Origin: Escherichia phage UoN_LDJ77_1
Length of the DNA stretch: 64,000 nucleotides
Strand: one strand, 5' to 3'
Sequence record: OK570375
The notes under the pieces are model-generated. The model saw nothing but the letters and a program-made list of their open reading frames with translations. It ran no database searches and was not told the DNA's origin. Below, one piece after another: positions 1-12,404 of the stretch (within the stretch, counting starts at the first letter, position 1; each line of letters opens with the position of its first letter). Position numbers and translations under genes: made by a program.

Positions 1-269
1 CCATGCGATTTAACATTACCGCCGCCAATATCAGAAATGTTAATTTCACGCGCAATCGAAGGATCGATGTCAATTTCACGATTAAGTTTAGCGATAGCTA
101 AAGTATCACGCCCATTTACAGTACGGAACTCTAAAGGACAAACCACATCAACGTAATTTTTAATCGATTCACTGGTAGGTTGCAAATGAGCAGGAAGGTC
201 TTTAGGCGCCTTTGAGAAAACCACTTCACAGAAATTTTTACGGGTATCAAAATAAGTAGTCATAAACAT
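1..269 (-). CDS. hypothetical early protein, start ATG at 267..269, 3' end beyond window edge
   Basis: Hand-translated open frame with no stops from 269 to 1 (MFMTTYFDTRKNF...); GAGGAAAA SD upstream. Confidence 0.45.
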   Translation of the reverse strand, partial: MFMTTYFDTRKNFCEVVFSKAPKDLPAHLQPTSESIKNYVDVVCPLEFRTVNGRDTLAIAKLNREIDIDPSIAREINISDIGGGNVKSH

Positions 270-310
270 AGTATTTTCCTCAGTAAGGGGCCGAAGCCCC
301 TCATTTTATT

Positions 311-676
311 TTAAATATCAAATTCGTTAAGAACTACATCAAAGATTGCTTCAAGATGCTCAGGTTTAGCTCTGTTACTCAAAATATGACGAATCCAAGT
401 TTTAACCAGAAGCTTACGATTGACGCCATTCCAGCAAGGATGAGTACCTAAATCACGTTGACGGAAATCATCATCTAAAGCGATTTTAAAAGAAGAACCT
501 TCTTTCGTGATTGAAACCGTGATGCCATTTTCAAATCGCATATAAACGTAGTTAGGAGTCATATACTGTTCAATTTCGCATACTGATCCATTTTGATGTT
601 TCCAAAGGCAGATAGTATCAATAGAACCTGCAATACCGTTAGAAACATATTTACGTTCAAAGTTGATGTAGTTCAT
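311..676 (-). CDS. hypothetical protein (121 aa), T4 30.x-region position
   Basis: ORF track; same strand and tight packing as neighbours. Confidence 0.5.
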   Translation of the reverse strand: MNYINFERKYVSNGIAGSIDTICLWKHQNGSVCEIEQYMTPNYVYMRFENGITVSITKEGSSFKIALDDDFRQRDLGTHPCWNGVNRKLLVKTWIRHILSNRAKPEHLEAIFDVVLNEFDI

Positions 677-744
677 TTTTATTCTCCGAGATGTTTAATT
701 GCGGTACAGGTATATAATATCATATCCTGTACCAAAGTAAACAA

Positions 745-1077
745 TTATTTTACTACTTTCCAGTGCTTCATGTCAAGTTTACCGACTTTTTTCATCTTCT
801 CAATTAAGCGTTCGGCACGTTGGCGAGCTGTAACATAATACCATTCACCTAATTCATTTTGTTCAATTTTTCCAACGATTACTGTATTCAATTCATAAAT
901 CCAACCAGTAAAGAAATTATGAACTTGAATTGTAAAGGTGAAATCTGTTCCCATACCTTCTGTTGTTTCTACTTCAATAATATCACCTTCAACTGCCATT
1001 AAGAACCACATAGTTTCGTTATATTCACCATTGAAGCATTTAGCTTTAACTGAAGCGTTCAGATTAATCGTTTTCAT
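745..1077 (-). CDS. hypothetical protein (110 aa)
   Basis: ORF track; operon context. Confidence 0.5.
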   Translation of the reverse strand: MKTINLNASVKAKCFNGEYNETMWFLMAVEGDIIEVETTEGMGTDFTFTIQVHNFFTGWIYELNTVIVGKIEQNELGEWYYVTARQRAERLIEKMKKVGKLDMKHWKVVK

Positions 1078-1152
1078 TTTATTCTCCTTTGTTTGTGTAA
1101 GATAATACTATCACAAAGGAACCATACTGTAAACAACTTTATGCAATCGTTG

Positions 1153-1182
1153 GAAAATAAAAAAGGACTCCCGAAGGAGTCC
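1153..1182 (-). terminator. intrinsic terminator hairpin (GGACUCC-UUCG-GGAGUCC plus U-run) on minus strand
   Basis: Perfect 7-bp stem with UUCG tetraloop followed by T-run on minus strand, downstream of ORF 1188..1364. Confidence 0.6.
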
Positions 1183-1187
1183 TCAAC

Positions 1188-1364
1188 TTATGCTTTCTGC
1201 TTACCAAAACGAGAAGCATCATCTCGAAGAACCGCACGTGCTCGGCGCATGATCTTCTCAACAGTTTGATTGATACGAGAGTTCGACCCACGCTTGTAGC
1301 CAGCGCGTTTAGAATCACCAACTTTCTTTTCAACTGCTTTCTTTGCTTTAACTTGTTTTGCCAT
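1188..1364 (-). CDS. small basic protein (about 58 aa, MAKQVKAKK...)
   Basis: ORF track 1188..1406; internal ATG at 1362..1364 has an AAGAG SD, upstream ATG has none. Confidence 0.45.
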   Translation of the reverse strand: MAKQVKAKKAVEKKVGDSKRAGYKRGSNSRINQTVEKIMRRARAVLRDDASRFGKQKA

Positions 1365-1608
1365 TATAAATTCTCTTTTAAATGAAAATGCAGGACTTAT
1401 TGGCATTGCCTGCGCAAGCCCTCAAGGGGAACATAGGTTTTTGGATATTTAACGACCAGGATAACCATAAACCCGTCATCATTCACATTCAAGAGGTACA
1501 CCATAAAACTGCCGGGGTCTTAAAACTATAATGATTCGCAAATCATTAATCAGACAGTTCGATGGCTCCTCGATTTAGCTCACACTAAGGCAGTGAATCT
1601 CCAATAAA

Positions 1609-1857
1609 TTACTTCAATGTTACCACAAAGTGACGAACTGCTTTTCGTGCAGCAGAAGCCAGAGGCTTAGCATACTTAAGTTCATCTTTTTCCTGAAGCT
1701 CAGCAGCTAATGCAGTTTGAGCAGGATTCAGATGTTTGAAATAACGCAGGATTTCAAGAGCTTCGGCTTCAACATCAATAGATGCGCCATAGTTTTCGTG
1801 ACCATTATTCCATGCGTTTCGTTGCAGTTCAAGAGCGTGTTGTAATTGTTTAATCAT
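1609..1857 (-). CDS. rIII: rIII lysis-inhibition accessory protein (82 aa)
   Basis: Size, position next to gene 31 and sequence recalled as T4 rIII. Confidence 0.75.
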   Translation of the reverse strand: MIKQLQHALELQRNAWNNGHENYGASIDVEAEALEILRYFKHLNPAQTALAAELQEKDELKYAKPLASAARKAVRHFVVTLK

Positions 1858-2004
1858 TTAAAAATTCTCGTTAGAGATTAAAACTCGGTAGTCACGTTCT
1901 TCTGAATTTCATCTTCTTTCGACAGATCTCTCAGTTGTAGACTACCACGTAGAATCGTTCGGTTAACTTATTATTCCGACACCCAATTCATATTATTATT
2001 TATA

Positions 2005-2340
2005 TCACTTATAAAGACACGGAATAGCTTTATAGTGACAAGTAACGAATTTTTGTTTAATTTCTTTTGGCTGCTTAAGACCCAGAGCTACAAAAGGATG
2101 CGGAACATTTCGAATTTGACCAACTGGAAGAGAAGTCAAATCACCGACTTCGCAGAAACCTTCAGGAACATCAGGACCAACAGAGTGAACTACACACAGT
2201 TCAGGAACTTCACCTTGAACACGTTTACCGATAATAAGTCCTGATTCTGTAACTTCTTCATCACCAGCTTGTGCAGGTTCAGAAACTAAAATAACATATT
2301 CACCGACAGCACGAATTGGTAGCTGTTGTACTTCAGACAT
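2005..2340 (-). CDS. 31: gp31 GroES-like co-chaperonin (111 aa)
   Basis: 111 aa, sequence recalled as T4 gp31; position between cd and rIII. Confidence 0.85.
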
Positions 2341-2396
2341 CGTTTTTCCTTTTTGTTAACAGATGAATTAATAATAACAAATAATTCTTAAAGCAT

Positions 2397-2705
2397 TTAT
2401 TTACCAATAAATTGGAGTAAATGCTCAACTTTCATACCATTAACAGAAATCAATTTGTCAATAGAAAAACCTCGCCATGCACCGAGTTCAACATCAAATA
2501 TCGGAATCATATCAGTAGATTCTTTCCGAGTAGATTCAGTCAATTTACCGGTTTGCATAGTTGGCATAAAGTCAGCATCACGAGTGCCTTTCATAGTACG
2601 AATAGTACCATCAGACTTTTCAAAAACCACGTTTGAAATACCCATGGACAATTTAGTTTTCAAAATTTCACGAATTGCTACTTTCTGTTCAGTTGTCAAT
2701 TTCAT
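2397..2705 (-). CDS. hypothetical protein (102 aa, 31.1 position)
   Basis: ORF track; synteny. Confidence 0.5.
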   Translation of the reverse strand: MKLTTEQKVAIREILKTKLSMGISNVVFEKSDGTIRTMKGTRDADFMPTMQTGKLTESTRKESTDMIPIFDVELGAWRGFSIDKLISVNGMKVEHLLQFIGK

Positions 2706-2942
2706 TTATTTACCTATTACAGTTTTAATATGGGTTGTTCCACGTTCTTTAAGAGTGGAAAGCAATTTTTGGCATTTTTCTAAATCAGATTTCCAACTAT
2801 ACGGTCTATCAATACAAACCCATTCTGACTTATAATACTGCTTCCATTTAGAGAAAAAATATTTCTTATACTCTACAGCAAATGAAATGTTCTCGTTAGA
2901 ATAAGAACTAATTGCTGTGAGCTGTACCAAACGAAATTTCAT
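2706..2942 (-). CDS. hypothetical protein (78 aa, 31.2 position)
   Basis: ORF track; synteny. Confidence 0.5.
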   Translation of the reverse strand: MKFRLVQLTAISSYSNENISFAVEYKKYFFSKWKQYYKSEWVCIDRPYSWKSDLEKCQKLLSTLKERGTTHIKTVIGK

Positions 2943-3523
2943 TATTCACCACAGAATTCGTTGATATTTTCCCAATTTAACTTATTTAAGTTTTTCTTAG
3001 GAACATTAAACACTTCAATACCCGCATTTCGCAGAATATCATCCCAGCCAGGTTTATTTTTATCGTATGTTTCGCAATAAACCAACTTTTTAATTCCAGA
3101 TTGAGCTATCGCTTTTGCACAATCTGGGCAAGGAGAAAGTGTTACATACATAGTAGCACCTTCAATTGAAGAACCATTTCGCGCAGCAAACAAAATCGCA
3201 TTTTGTTCAGCATGAATTTCATTTTTAGACGACCATTCAGAGTGAGCGCTACGGTGTTCTTTCGCCAAGACAAAGCGATCAGTTGAACCAAATGATACGC
3301 ATTCAGGCTTATGGCCTTGAATGATAGTGTGTTTAGGCTTATTCAACAACCAACCTTGCTCAGCAGCATAATCACAACAGTTCACACCTCCTGCGGGTGA
3401 ACCATTATATCCGGTAGAAATAATACGTCCATTCTTTTCAATTACTGCTCCTACCTTCCAGGAGCAACATTTTGATTCTTGTGATACTAAATATGCAATT
3501 TGAAGTACTGTACTCGCTTTCAT
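2942..3523 (-). CDS. cd: dCMP deaminase (193 aa)
   Basis: Cytidine/dCMP deaminase zinc motifs HAEQNAI and PCPDCAK; 193 aa as in T4 Cd. Confidence 0.9.
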   Translation of the reverse strand: MKASTVLQIAYLVSQESKCCSWKVGAVIEKNGRIISTGYNGSPAGGVNCCDYAAEQGWLLNKPKHTIIQGHKPECVSFGSTDRFVLAKEHRSAHSEWSSKNEIHAEQNAILFAARNGSSIEGATMYVTLSPCPDCAKAIAQSGIKKLVYCETYDKNKPGWDDILRNAGIEVFNVPKKNLNKLNWENINEFCGE

Positions 3524-3858
3524 TTCATAATCACCAGATAAGCAGATTTAGCAGTTTCAACACGATAAATTTCGTGACGAAGTTTAGTTATACTTTTAAT
3601 AACAGAACTAATTATATTCTGCCCATCTTTAAAGCGGTTTTTCTTATCAATAAAAATTGCGCCAACCATCTTTTTGTGAAGCTCAACTGGATACTTCGTC
3701 ACAATAATAGCATCATATACAGAAGGATGAATACTATTTACTAGAGTGTCATTCATTAAAGTTATTCTAATGAACTGTGCTGTTTCAGAGTCAAGCGCTC
3801 TATGATCGCCAGTATCATTTTCAAGACAATTATCAATTATATCAGTTAAATTCATCAT
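3520..3858 (-). CDS. hypothetical protein (112 aa, cd.x region)
   Basis: ORF track; ATGA-type overlap with neighbours. Confidence 0.5.
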   Translation of the reverse strand: MMNLTDIIDNCLENDTGDHRALDSETAQFIRITLMNDTLVNSIHPSVYDAIIVTKYPVELHKKMVGAIFIDKKNRFKDGQNIISSVIKSITKLRHEIYRVETAKSAYLVIMK

Positions 3859-4091
3859 AGTACGCCATACACCCTTTGTGCTTCAACTAATCCATCAAAA
3901 TCCAATTTGAGATGTGTTATTTGATCACCATCACCTGGATTCACAATTACTAATACTGAACGAGGAGTTTCGGTAATAACACGAACCGATGTTTCAGGAA
4001 ATCGTTCAGAAACCTTATTTACCAATTCCTGAGCAAATAGTTTAACTTTTTCTTGGAATTCTTTAACAGTAATTGGTTTTTCACTTAGCAT
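3855..4091 (-). CDS. hypothetical protein (78 aa)
   Basis: ORF track; operon context. Confidence 0.5.
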   Translation of the reverse strand: MLSEKPITVKEFQEKVKLFAQELVNKVSERFPETSVRVITETPRSVLVIVNPGDGDQITHLKLDFDGLVEAQRVYGVL

Positions 4092-4153
4092 TTCAATTTC
4101 CTCATTTGTTTTGGTAGAGCTATAATATCACAACTCTACCAAAAAGTAAACTA

Positions 4154-4435
4154 TTAAATTGCCTTGAATTCTGATGTCTGTGATTCAAAGCGAATATCGC
4201 CTTTGATGACTAGCTCAGCATCAAGACCAAATACGACAATGATATGCGCGGAACCCGGATACAGCGTAATTGCAATAGAATCCACCTGGTCTGGAAGCAA
4301 AGTATTCAATACATGAGTCACTTGAGCATGAATTCGAAGCTCGGCTGCGTTATCAAGCTTTTCAAACATATTATTAGCGATAATTTGACTAAACACTACT
4401 TCTACGATTTTAGAATAAGTCGGAAACATATTCAC
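4154..4435 (-). CDS. hypothetical protein (93 aa)
   Basis: ORF track; operon context. Confidence 0.5.
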   Translation of the reverse strand: MNMFPTYSKIVEVVFSQIIANNMFEKLDNAAELRIHAQVTHVLNTLLPDQVDSIAITLYPGSAHIIVVFGLDAELVIKGDIRFESQTSEFKAI

Positions 4436-4624
4436 CTCACATAATTTTCTTCAAGCCAATTAATAACATCCAACGCATTATCAAAAGTTGAACCATCTAC
4501 TATTTCTTCTGTTTCATAATCAAGAATATCTAAGTCTACTCTTCCATCAACAATAGGCCATAAACAAAATAGATATTTCTTTTCTTTTTCAATTTTATCA
4601 CAAAGTTGATAAATCTTTTCTATG

Positions 4625-4632
<8 letters not shown>
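4432..4632 (-). CDS. hypothetical protein (66 aa)
   Basis: ORF track; overlap-coupled. Confidence 0.45.
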
Positions 4633-6043
<1,411 letters not shown>

Positions 6044-6047
<4 letters not shown>

Positions 6048-6280
6048 TTATTTTTCTCAACTAATGATTGAATATAATCATGCAGATCTTTAGACGCCTT
6101 AGCCCAATTATTTTGATATTCATTTTTAAGATTAGCACGAGATTGAGCTAATAAAACATCATTAGTTGGAGGTAAAGATTCTAACCGCTGAATCTGGCGT
6201 CCGTAAATCATTGCAGCCATCTCGGATTCATAAATCAATCCTTTTAAATGTTCAAATTGATGCCATGAAATCATTTGCAT
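6044..6280 (-). CDS. hypothetical protein (78 aa)
   Basis: ORF track. Confidence 0.5.
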
Positions 6281-6570
6281 TTATCCTCTTTTAACTCTTT
6301 ACGATAATAACATATCATAGTTTTTTGATCATGTACATATCGTTTTACATCATTAAGCCAAATACGAAATTCCTGGGAATCTTCAAATGGCATACCGACC
6401 CAAGCTTTACCATCAATAACTTTAACTTGCCAGGATAGTTTAGCTTCGTCATATGACTTTATTTGTACAGGCCAATTAGGATGAACTGTTTCTTTCTTTA
6501 CTTCTAGAGGCTTTGTCGAACAACCAACTAGAAGACCAATAGATAATATTACTGCTGATAGTTTAATCAT
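6271..6570 (-). CDS. putative lipoprotein (99 aa; signal peptide with LVGC lipobox)
   Basis: N-terminal hydrophobic segment ending LLVGCST. Confidence 0.5.
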   Translation of the reverse strand: MIKLSAVILSIGLLVGCSTKPLEVKKETVHPNWPVQIKSYDEAKLSWQVKVIDGKAWVGMPFEDSQEFRIWLNDVKRYVHDQKTMICYYRKELKEDKCK

Positions 6571-6920
6571 TTAGAAAGGTCCTGGATGTCTTCTGCGAAC
6601 TTGTTGAAGGAGTTGTTGATTTGTTTTTCAACCAATCCTGGCTTACGAGCCACCACATCCGCCTTCTTTACGTCTTTGCGCAGTTTTTCATTTTCACGCT
6701 CAATAGCAGCAATCGCCTCACGATTTTTATTATTCATCGCATCAATATAATTATACTGAATTCGCAAATTATTTAATGCTAAAGCGTTTTCATTGGCCGT
6801 TTTTGTAATTTCAGTAACTGATGTTTCTAATCTTTCTACCTTATTTTTTAAAATAATAGATGTTCCGCCTAATGCTATTACAATTAATAGCAAACCTGCT
6901 GTAGTATTACTTAATTGCAT
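6567..6920 (-). CDS. hypothetical membrane-anchored coiled-coil protein (117 aa)
   Basis: N-terminal TM-like segment, charged helical remainder. Confidence 0.5.
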   Translation of the reverse strand: MQLSNTTAGLLLIVIALGGTSIILKNKVERLETSVTEITKTANENALALNNLRIQYNYIDAMNNKNREAIAAIERENEKLRKDVKKADVVARKPGLVEKQINNSFNKFAEDIQDLSK

Positions 6921-7414
6921 AAAGTTTTAATAACCTCTACAATATCATCTTGAGAAAGACCGTTAATTAAAATATGATGTTCAGCCGGAGATTTAGAAAT
7001 TTTAAAGCATGCCTCAACATCTTCTGCCATATCCGATGCACTACGATTTGGATTACTAATTCCAAGACGATGCTTTCCAGTCAAAGGATTAACGATGATA
7101 TAGCATTTACAGCTATTGATATGAACATTGGGCTGAGTCTGATTAATGAACACTTCACAATCATACTTAGCGAGTTGATTTTCTAAAAAGACTTTCATCT
7201 CCTCAACCGCATCAGGAAGCATATCACGGGCTTGCTCAAGACGACGATTTCGATATTCTTTAATGGTAGTTTTCCGCTTGACTTGCTTAGCTAAATCTTT
7301 CTTAAGATCGGTGATATATCCAACTCGACGATTTCCTTTGAATACAGAAATCCCATCTGTAGTATCACCGTATGCTTCAACGACCATCTCAGTAGTAATA
7401 AGCTGCAAATCCAT
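6911..7414 (-). CDS. alc: probable Alc (transcription unfolding/termination on dC-DNA), about 167 aa
   Basis: Size and position between pseT region and rnlA as in T4; sequence identity not verifiable here. Confidence 0.55.
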   Translation of the reverse strand: MDLQLITTEMVVEAYGDTTDGISVFKGNRRVGYITDLKKDLAKQVKRKTTIKEYRNRRLEQARDMLPDAVEEMKVFLENQLAKYDCEVFINQTQPNVHINSCKCYIIVNPLTGKHRLGISNPNRSASDMAEDVEACFKISKSPAEHHILINGLSQDDIVEVIKTLCN

Positions 7415-7478
7415 CATAAAGTCCTCATGTTATGTCAGTAAGACTACTATAACACAACATGAGGGACTTGTAAACAGC

Positions 7479-9066
<1,588 letters not shown>

Positions 9067-9093
9067 AATAAAATGGGCCTTGCGGCCCACTCC

Positions 9094-9596
9094 TTAAAAA
9101 TATTTTTTAAAACTCATCATAACTTTATCATCAACATCATTATCAATCTGTGCAACAAGATAAGATGACAGTTCTACTTCTTGTGGCGCGGATTGAACAT
9201 TATCAGAATTAAGGTATTCACGAATCCAAGGATATGGATGTTTAACCGGAGCATCGGTAATTGGGCATGGAAGACCGCACTGTTTCATACGAGATACAGT
9301 TAAATAATCAATAAAGCTCCACATGCTATTTGTATTTAATCCAGGAACATCGCCGTCTTTAAATAAATGAATTGCCCAATCTTTTTCTTGGCGGTTAACT
9401 TCCATGAAAATATCAACTGCTTCTTGTTCACACTCTTGAGCAATTTTAACCCATTCATCGCCATCAGTGCCAAGTTGAAGTTGACGAATAATATATTGGG
9501 TGCCTTTAAGGTGAAGCTGCTCATCACGTGCAATGAACTTCATAATCTTGGCATTACCTTCCATGATTTCCATATTCTTGTGGAAGTTAAAGGTAC
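9094..9596 (-). CDS. nrdB: ribonucleotide reductase small subunit NrdB, exon 2
   Basis: C-terminal R2 homology (MEGNAKIM..., SSYLVAQID); predicted 3' splice site after intron-terminal G at 9597. Confidence 0.8.
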
Positions 9597-9732
9597 CGTT
9601 ATGTTCGATTGAGCTCGCTAATTCTCAACCCGTTCTCTTATGAACTGCTACATATTACTATGCAGACCAGACTATATCACAATCCCAGAGGGATTCTCCC
9701 CATTTCGAGTCGCTTGACCCTACGTCCGAAGA

Positions 9733-10542
9733 CTAGTCGTTGAACCTTGCTTTACAATTGTCGCCGTGCCATCGTTTATATGTTGATGGTGATAAATCTT
9801 TCTTATCACAATATGGACAATTCAATTGAATTCTATTTGGATTTAATTTACATCTGTCATTATGTTTTAGATAAAATCCAGGACCTTTACCAATGTGACC
9901 GCAGAAATCACATGTGATTTCTTTTTGTGCAGGATGGGTCCCGTTCTTAACCATTTCTAATGTTTTTGCTGATGTTCTTTTCTTATGGTCTTCTGACAAG
10001 AAATGATGTGAACCGTCATTTACCCGTTTTGATTGAGTTTCTGACTGCATTTTACCACCGCAAAATACATGAGTACCTTCTTTTATAGCTGCAATATTGC
10101 GTTCTTTAACTTTTGCAATATGCTCAGCTTGTTGAAAATTATGTATACCTAATGCAACTCTATTTAAATTAGATTTACGCTGTATTTCACCGTCTAAAAG
10201 ATGAAATGTACCATTTTCTATCTTAGATTTAATAGAGGCAATATTTTTAGCTCGTACTTCAGGGATATTAAAAATCTGGATTTCTCTAGATTTTGCGGCT
10301 TTAGAAGCTAATTCAGAAATTTCTTCAGGAGAATATTTCATTCTAAGCTTTATAGCATGACAAGCCTGGTAATCTTTTTGAGCTAAATGTATATCATAAT
10401 GTTCCTGTATAGAAAGGCACATCAAATTATCTAAATCATTATTTTCACGGTTACCGTCTTTATGATGGATTTCGTATGTTCTTCCATCAGAATCTTTAGG
10501 TATAGGTCCGTTAGCATCTATCCAAATTTTTCTATAGTTCAA
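9733..10542 (-). CDS. intron-encoded HNH homing endonuclease, I-TevIII-like, full length (269 aa)
   Basis: HNH motif EIHHKDGNRENNDLDNLMCL...EH and C-terminal Cys-rich zinc fingers; inside nrdB intron. Confidence 0.85.
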   Translation of the reverse strand: MNYRKIWIDANGPIPKDSDGRTYEIHHKDGNRENNDLDNLMCLSIQEHYDIHLAQKDYQACHAIKLRMKYSPEEISELASKAAKSREIQIFNIPEVRAKNIASIKSKIENGTFHLLDGEIQRKSNLNRVALGIHNFQQAEHIAKVKERNIAAIKEGTHVFCGGKMQSETQSKRVNDGSHHFLSEDHKKRTSAKTLEMVKNGTHPAQKEITCDFCGHIGKGPGFYLKHNDRCKLNPNRIQLNCPYCDKKDLSPSTYKRWHGDNCKARFND

Positions 10543-10569
10543 TTGTGCATCCTCTTAAAAGTATAATCA

Positions 10570-10577
10570 TATTTATA
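10570..10577 (-). promoter_or_regulatory. candidate T4-type late promoter (TATAAATA) upstream of intron ORF
   Basis: Exact TATAAATA on minus strand 27 nt upstream of the endonuclease ATG. Confidence 0.4.
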
Positions 10578-10687
10578 TTATACTAATTAAAGGTGCAAGC
10601 AAAACCTTGGCTGCTAGTTTTCCTATAAAGGACTTTCCAGCAATTAAAGGAGTTTTCGATAAACGTTACCGTTTAAAGGCGCATTTT

Positions 10688-11363
10688 ACGCAAAAGATAC
10701 ATAAAAACGAATAGCTTCTAAGGCATTAATAACGTGTAAACAGAGGTAAAGAGACTTCATTAAAGCACGTTTAGCTTCGGCTTCTTGTTTAATAGCTCGG
10801 TTTAAACGAAAGTCGGCATCAGGAGATTCTTTAGCTAGTTCTACAAATTCTTTAGCATTTTCCCATTCACGGGTTTTAACCAAGACATCATCATAATAGC
10901 GACCGATAGATTCAGCACGTTTCATGATAGCTTCATCTAATACAATCTCATCAAATACCTTCGATGGATCAGTATAAAGATTTCGCATGATATGAGTATA
11001 TGAACGACTGTGAATAGTTTCACTAAAAGTCCATGTAGCAACCCATGTATCAAGGCTTGGGTCTGAAATTAATGACATAAGTACAGCAGACGGCGCACGG
11101 CCCTGAATGCTATCCAAAAGTGATTGATACTTCAGGTTGTTAGTAAAAATATTTTGCTGATACTGAGGAAGCTTATTAAACTGTGCAGCATCCATCATTA
11201 AGTTTACTTCTTCGGGACGCCAGAAAAATGATAAGGACTTCTCTGTAAGTTCTTCAAATACTCGATGCCGTTGAATATCATAACGCGCAATACCAAGACC
11301 TGAACCAAAAAACATAGGTTCTTTTAAAACATCAACTGGATTTGTATTAAAAACTGTGCTCAT
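10688..11363 (-). CDS. nrdB: ribonucleotide reductase small subunit NrdB, exon 1
   Basis: N-terminal R2 homology; track ORF reads through 5' splice site into an intron stop. Confidence 0.8.
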
Positions 11364-11414
11364 AAATTTTCCGCTTAGTTAATAGTTGGTGACTCGTCCA
11401 TGAGTCAAATTATA

Positions 11415-12404
11415 TCATAATTTACAGGATGAACAATCTTCAGCTTTTGGAGTTTCTATTTCATAATCATCAGTACCAGAACCATCACGGGTATTATGAT
11501 AATAGAAATTTTTTCCGCCAAAATACCAAAAATACAAAAGGTCATCAATCATTATTGACATTGGAACCTTGCCTTTAGGGAAGATTTGGGGGTCATAATA
11601 TGTATTCGCTGAAGCTGATTGACACACCCATTTCAGCATAATAGCTACCTGCGTAAGATAAGGTTTATTACCTTTCTTAGCTAATTTCCATGTATAGTCG
11701 TAAAGGTCTATGTTATGCTCAATATTGGGCACGACCTGATTAAAGGAGCCCTCTTTTGATTCTTTAACAGAGACTGGTCCACGTGGAGGCTCGATACCGT
11801 TTGTACTGTTAGAAACTTGGGAAGATGACTCACATGGCATAAGTGCTGATAATGTGCTATTACGGATGCCAAAGAGCTTAAGGTCTTCCCGCAGCGACGA
11901 CCAGTCACAAACGTATTTTGGAGCTGCGATTTGGTCAATCTTTTTATTGTACCAGTCGATAGGTAATTCGCCTCGAGACCAACGAGTGTCTGAATAATAT
12001 TCGCAAGGTCCTTTTTCTTTGGCGAGCTTAATGGATGCTTTAATGAGTCCATACTGTAATCTCTCAAATAGTTCATGTGTTAAATCGTTAGCATCTTCAT
12101 AAGAAGCAAAGTTACTTGCCAGCCAAGCTGCATAGTTAGTAACACCTACACCGAGGTTACGACGCTTTTTAGCTTTTTCTGCTTCAGGAACCGGATATCC
12201 TTGGTAATCCAAAAGATTATCAAGAGCACGAACTTGAACTTCTGCTAATTCATTAATTTTATCTTGGTCTTGCCAGTCAAAATTATCTAGTACGAATGCA
12301 GAGAGAGTACAAAGCCCCACTTCTCCCTTGTTTTCAATAACTTTTATTGTAGTATACTCATCATCTTCGTAAAATTCATCTACAAATTCATAATCAATAT
12401 TCAT
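11415..12404 (-). CDS. nrdA: ribonucleotide reductase large subunit, C-terminal piece (NrdA-b, 329 aa) with its own start
   Basis: Aligns to NrdA from GLCTLSAF onward (NSTLSALMP, C-terminal CxxC tail); ATG overlaps stop of upstream HNH gene. Confidence 0.8.
   Translation of the reverse strand: MNIDYEFVDEFYEDDEYTTIKVIENKGEVGLCTLSAFVLDNFDWQDQDKINELAEVQVRALDNLLDYQGYPVPEAEKAKKRRNLGVGVTNYAAWLASNFASYEDANDLTHELFERLQYGLIKASIKLAKEKGPCEYYSDTRWSRGELPIDWYNKKIDQIAAPKYVCDWSSLREDLKLFGIRNSTLSALMPCESSSQVSNSTNGIEPPRGPVSVKESKEGSFNQVVPNIEHNIDLYDYTWKLAKKGNKPYLTQVAIMLKWVCQSASANTYYDPQIFPKGKVPMSIMIDDLLYFWYFGGKNFYYHNTRDGSGTDDYEIETPKAEDCSSCKL

Larger units (their letters stand above)
9597..10687 (-). mobile_element. 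group I intron in nrdB (about 1091 nt) carrying an HNH homing endonuclease ORF
   Basis: Conserved group I elements on minus strand: P-like AATTGCTGGAAAG, Q-like CTAGCAGCC, R-like GTTCAACGACTAGTC, S-like GATATAGTC; exon 1 ends in U pairing with a GCGC guide, intron ends in G. Confidence 0.8.

Noticed and set aside
1139-1333. Alternative-frame 64-aa ORF overlapping ORF 1188..1364
   Set aside because: Overlaps the SD-supported basic-protein frame and the terminator hairpin.
2421-2835. Plus-strand ORFs (71 and 126 aa) opposite the 31.1/31.2 region
   Set aside because: Antisense within a minus-strand early operon, with no promoter or RBS.
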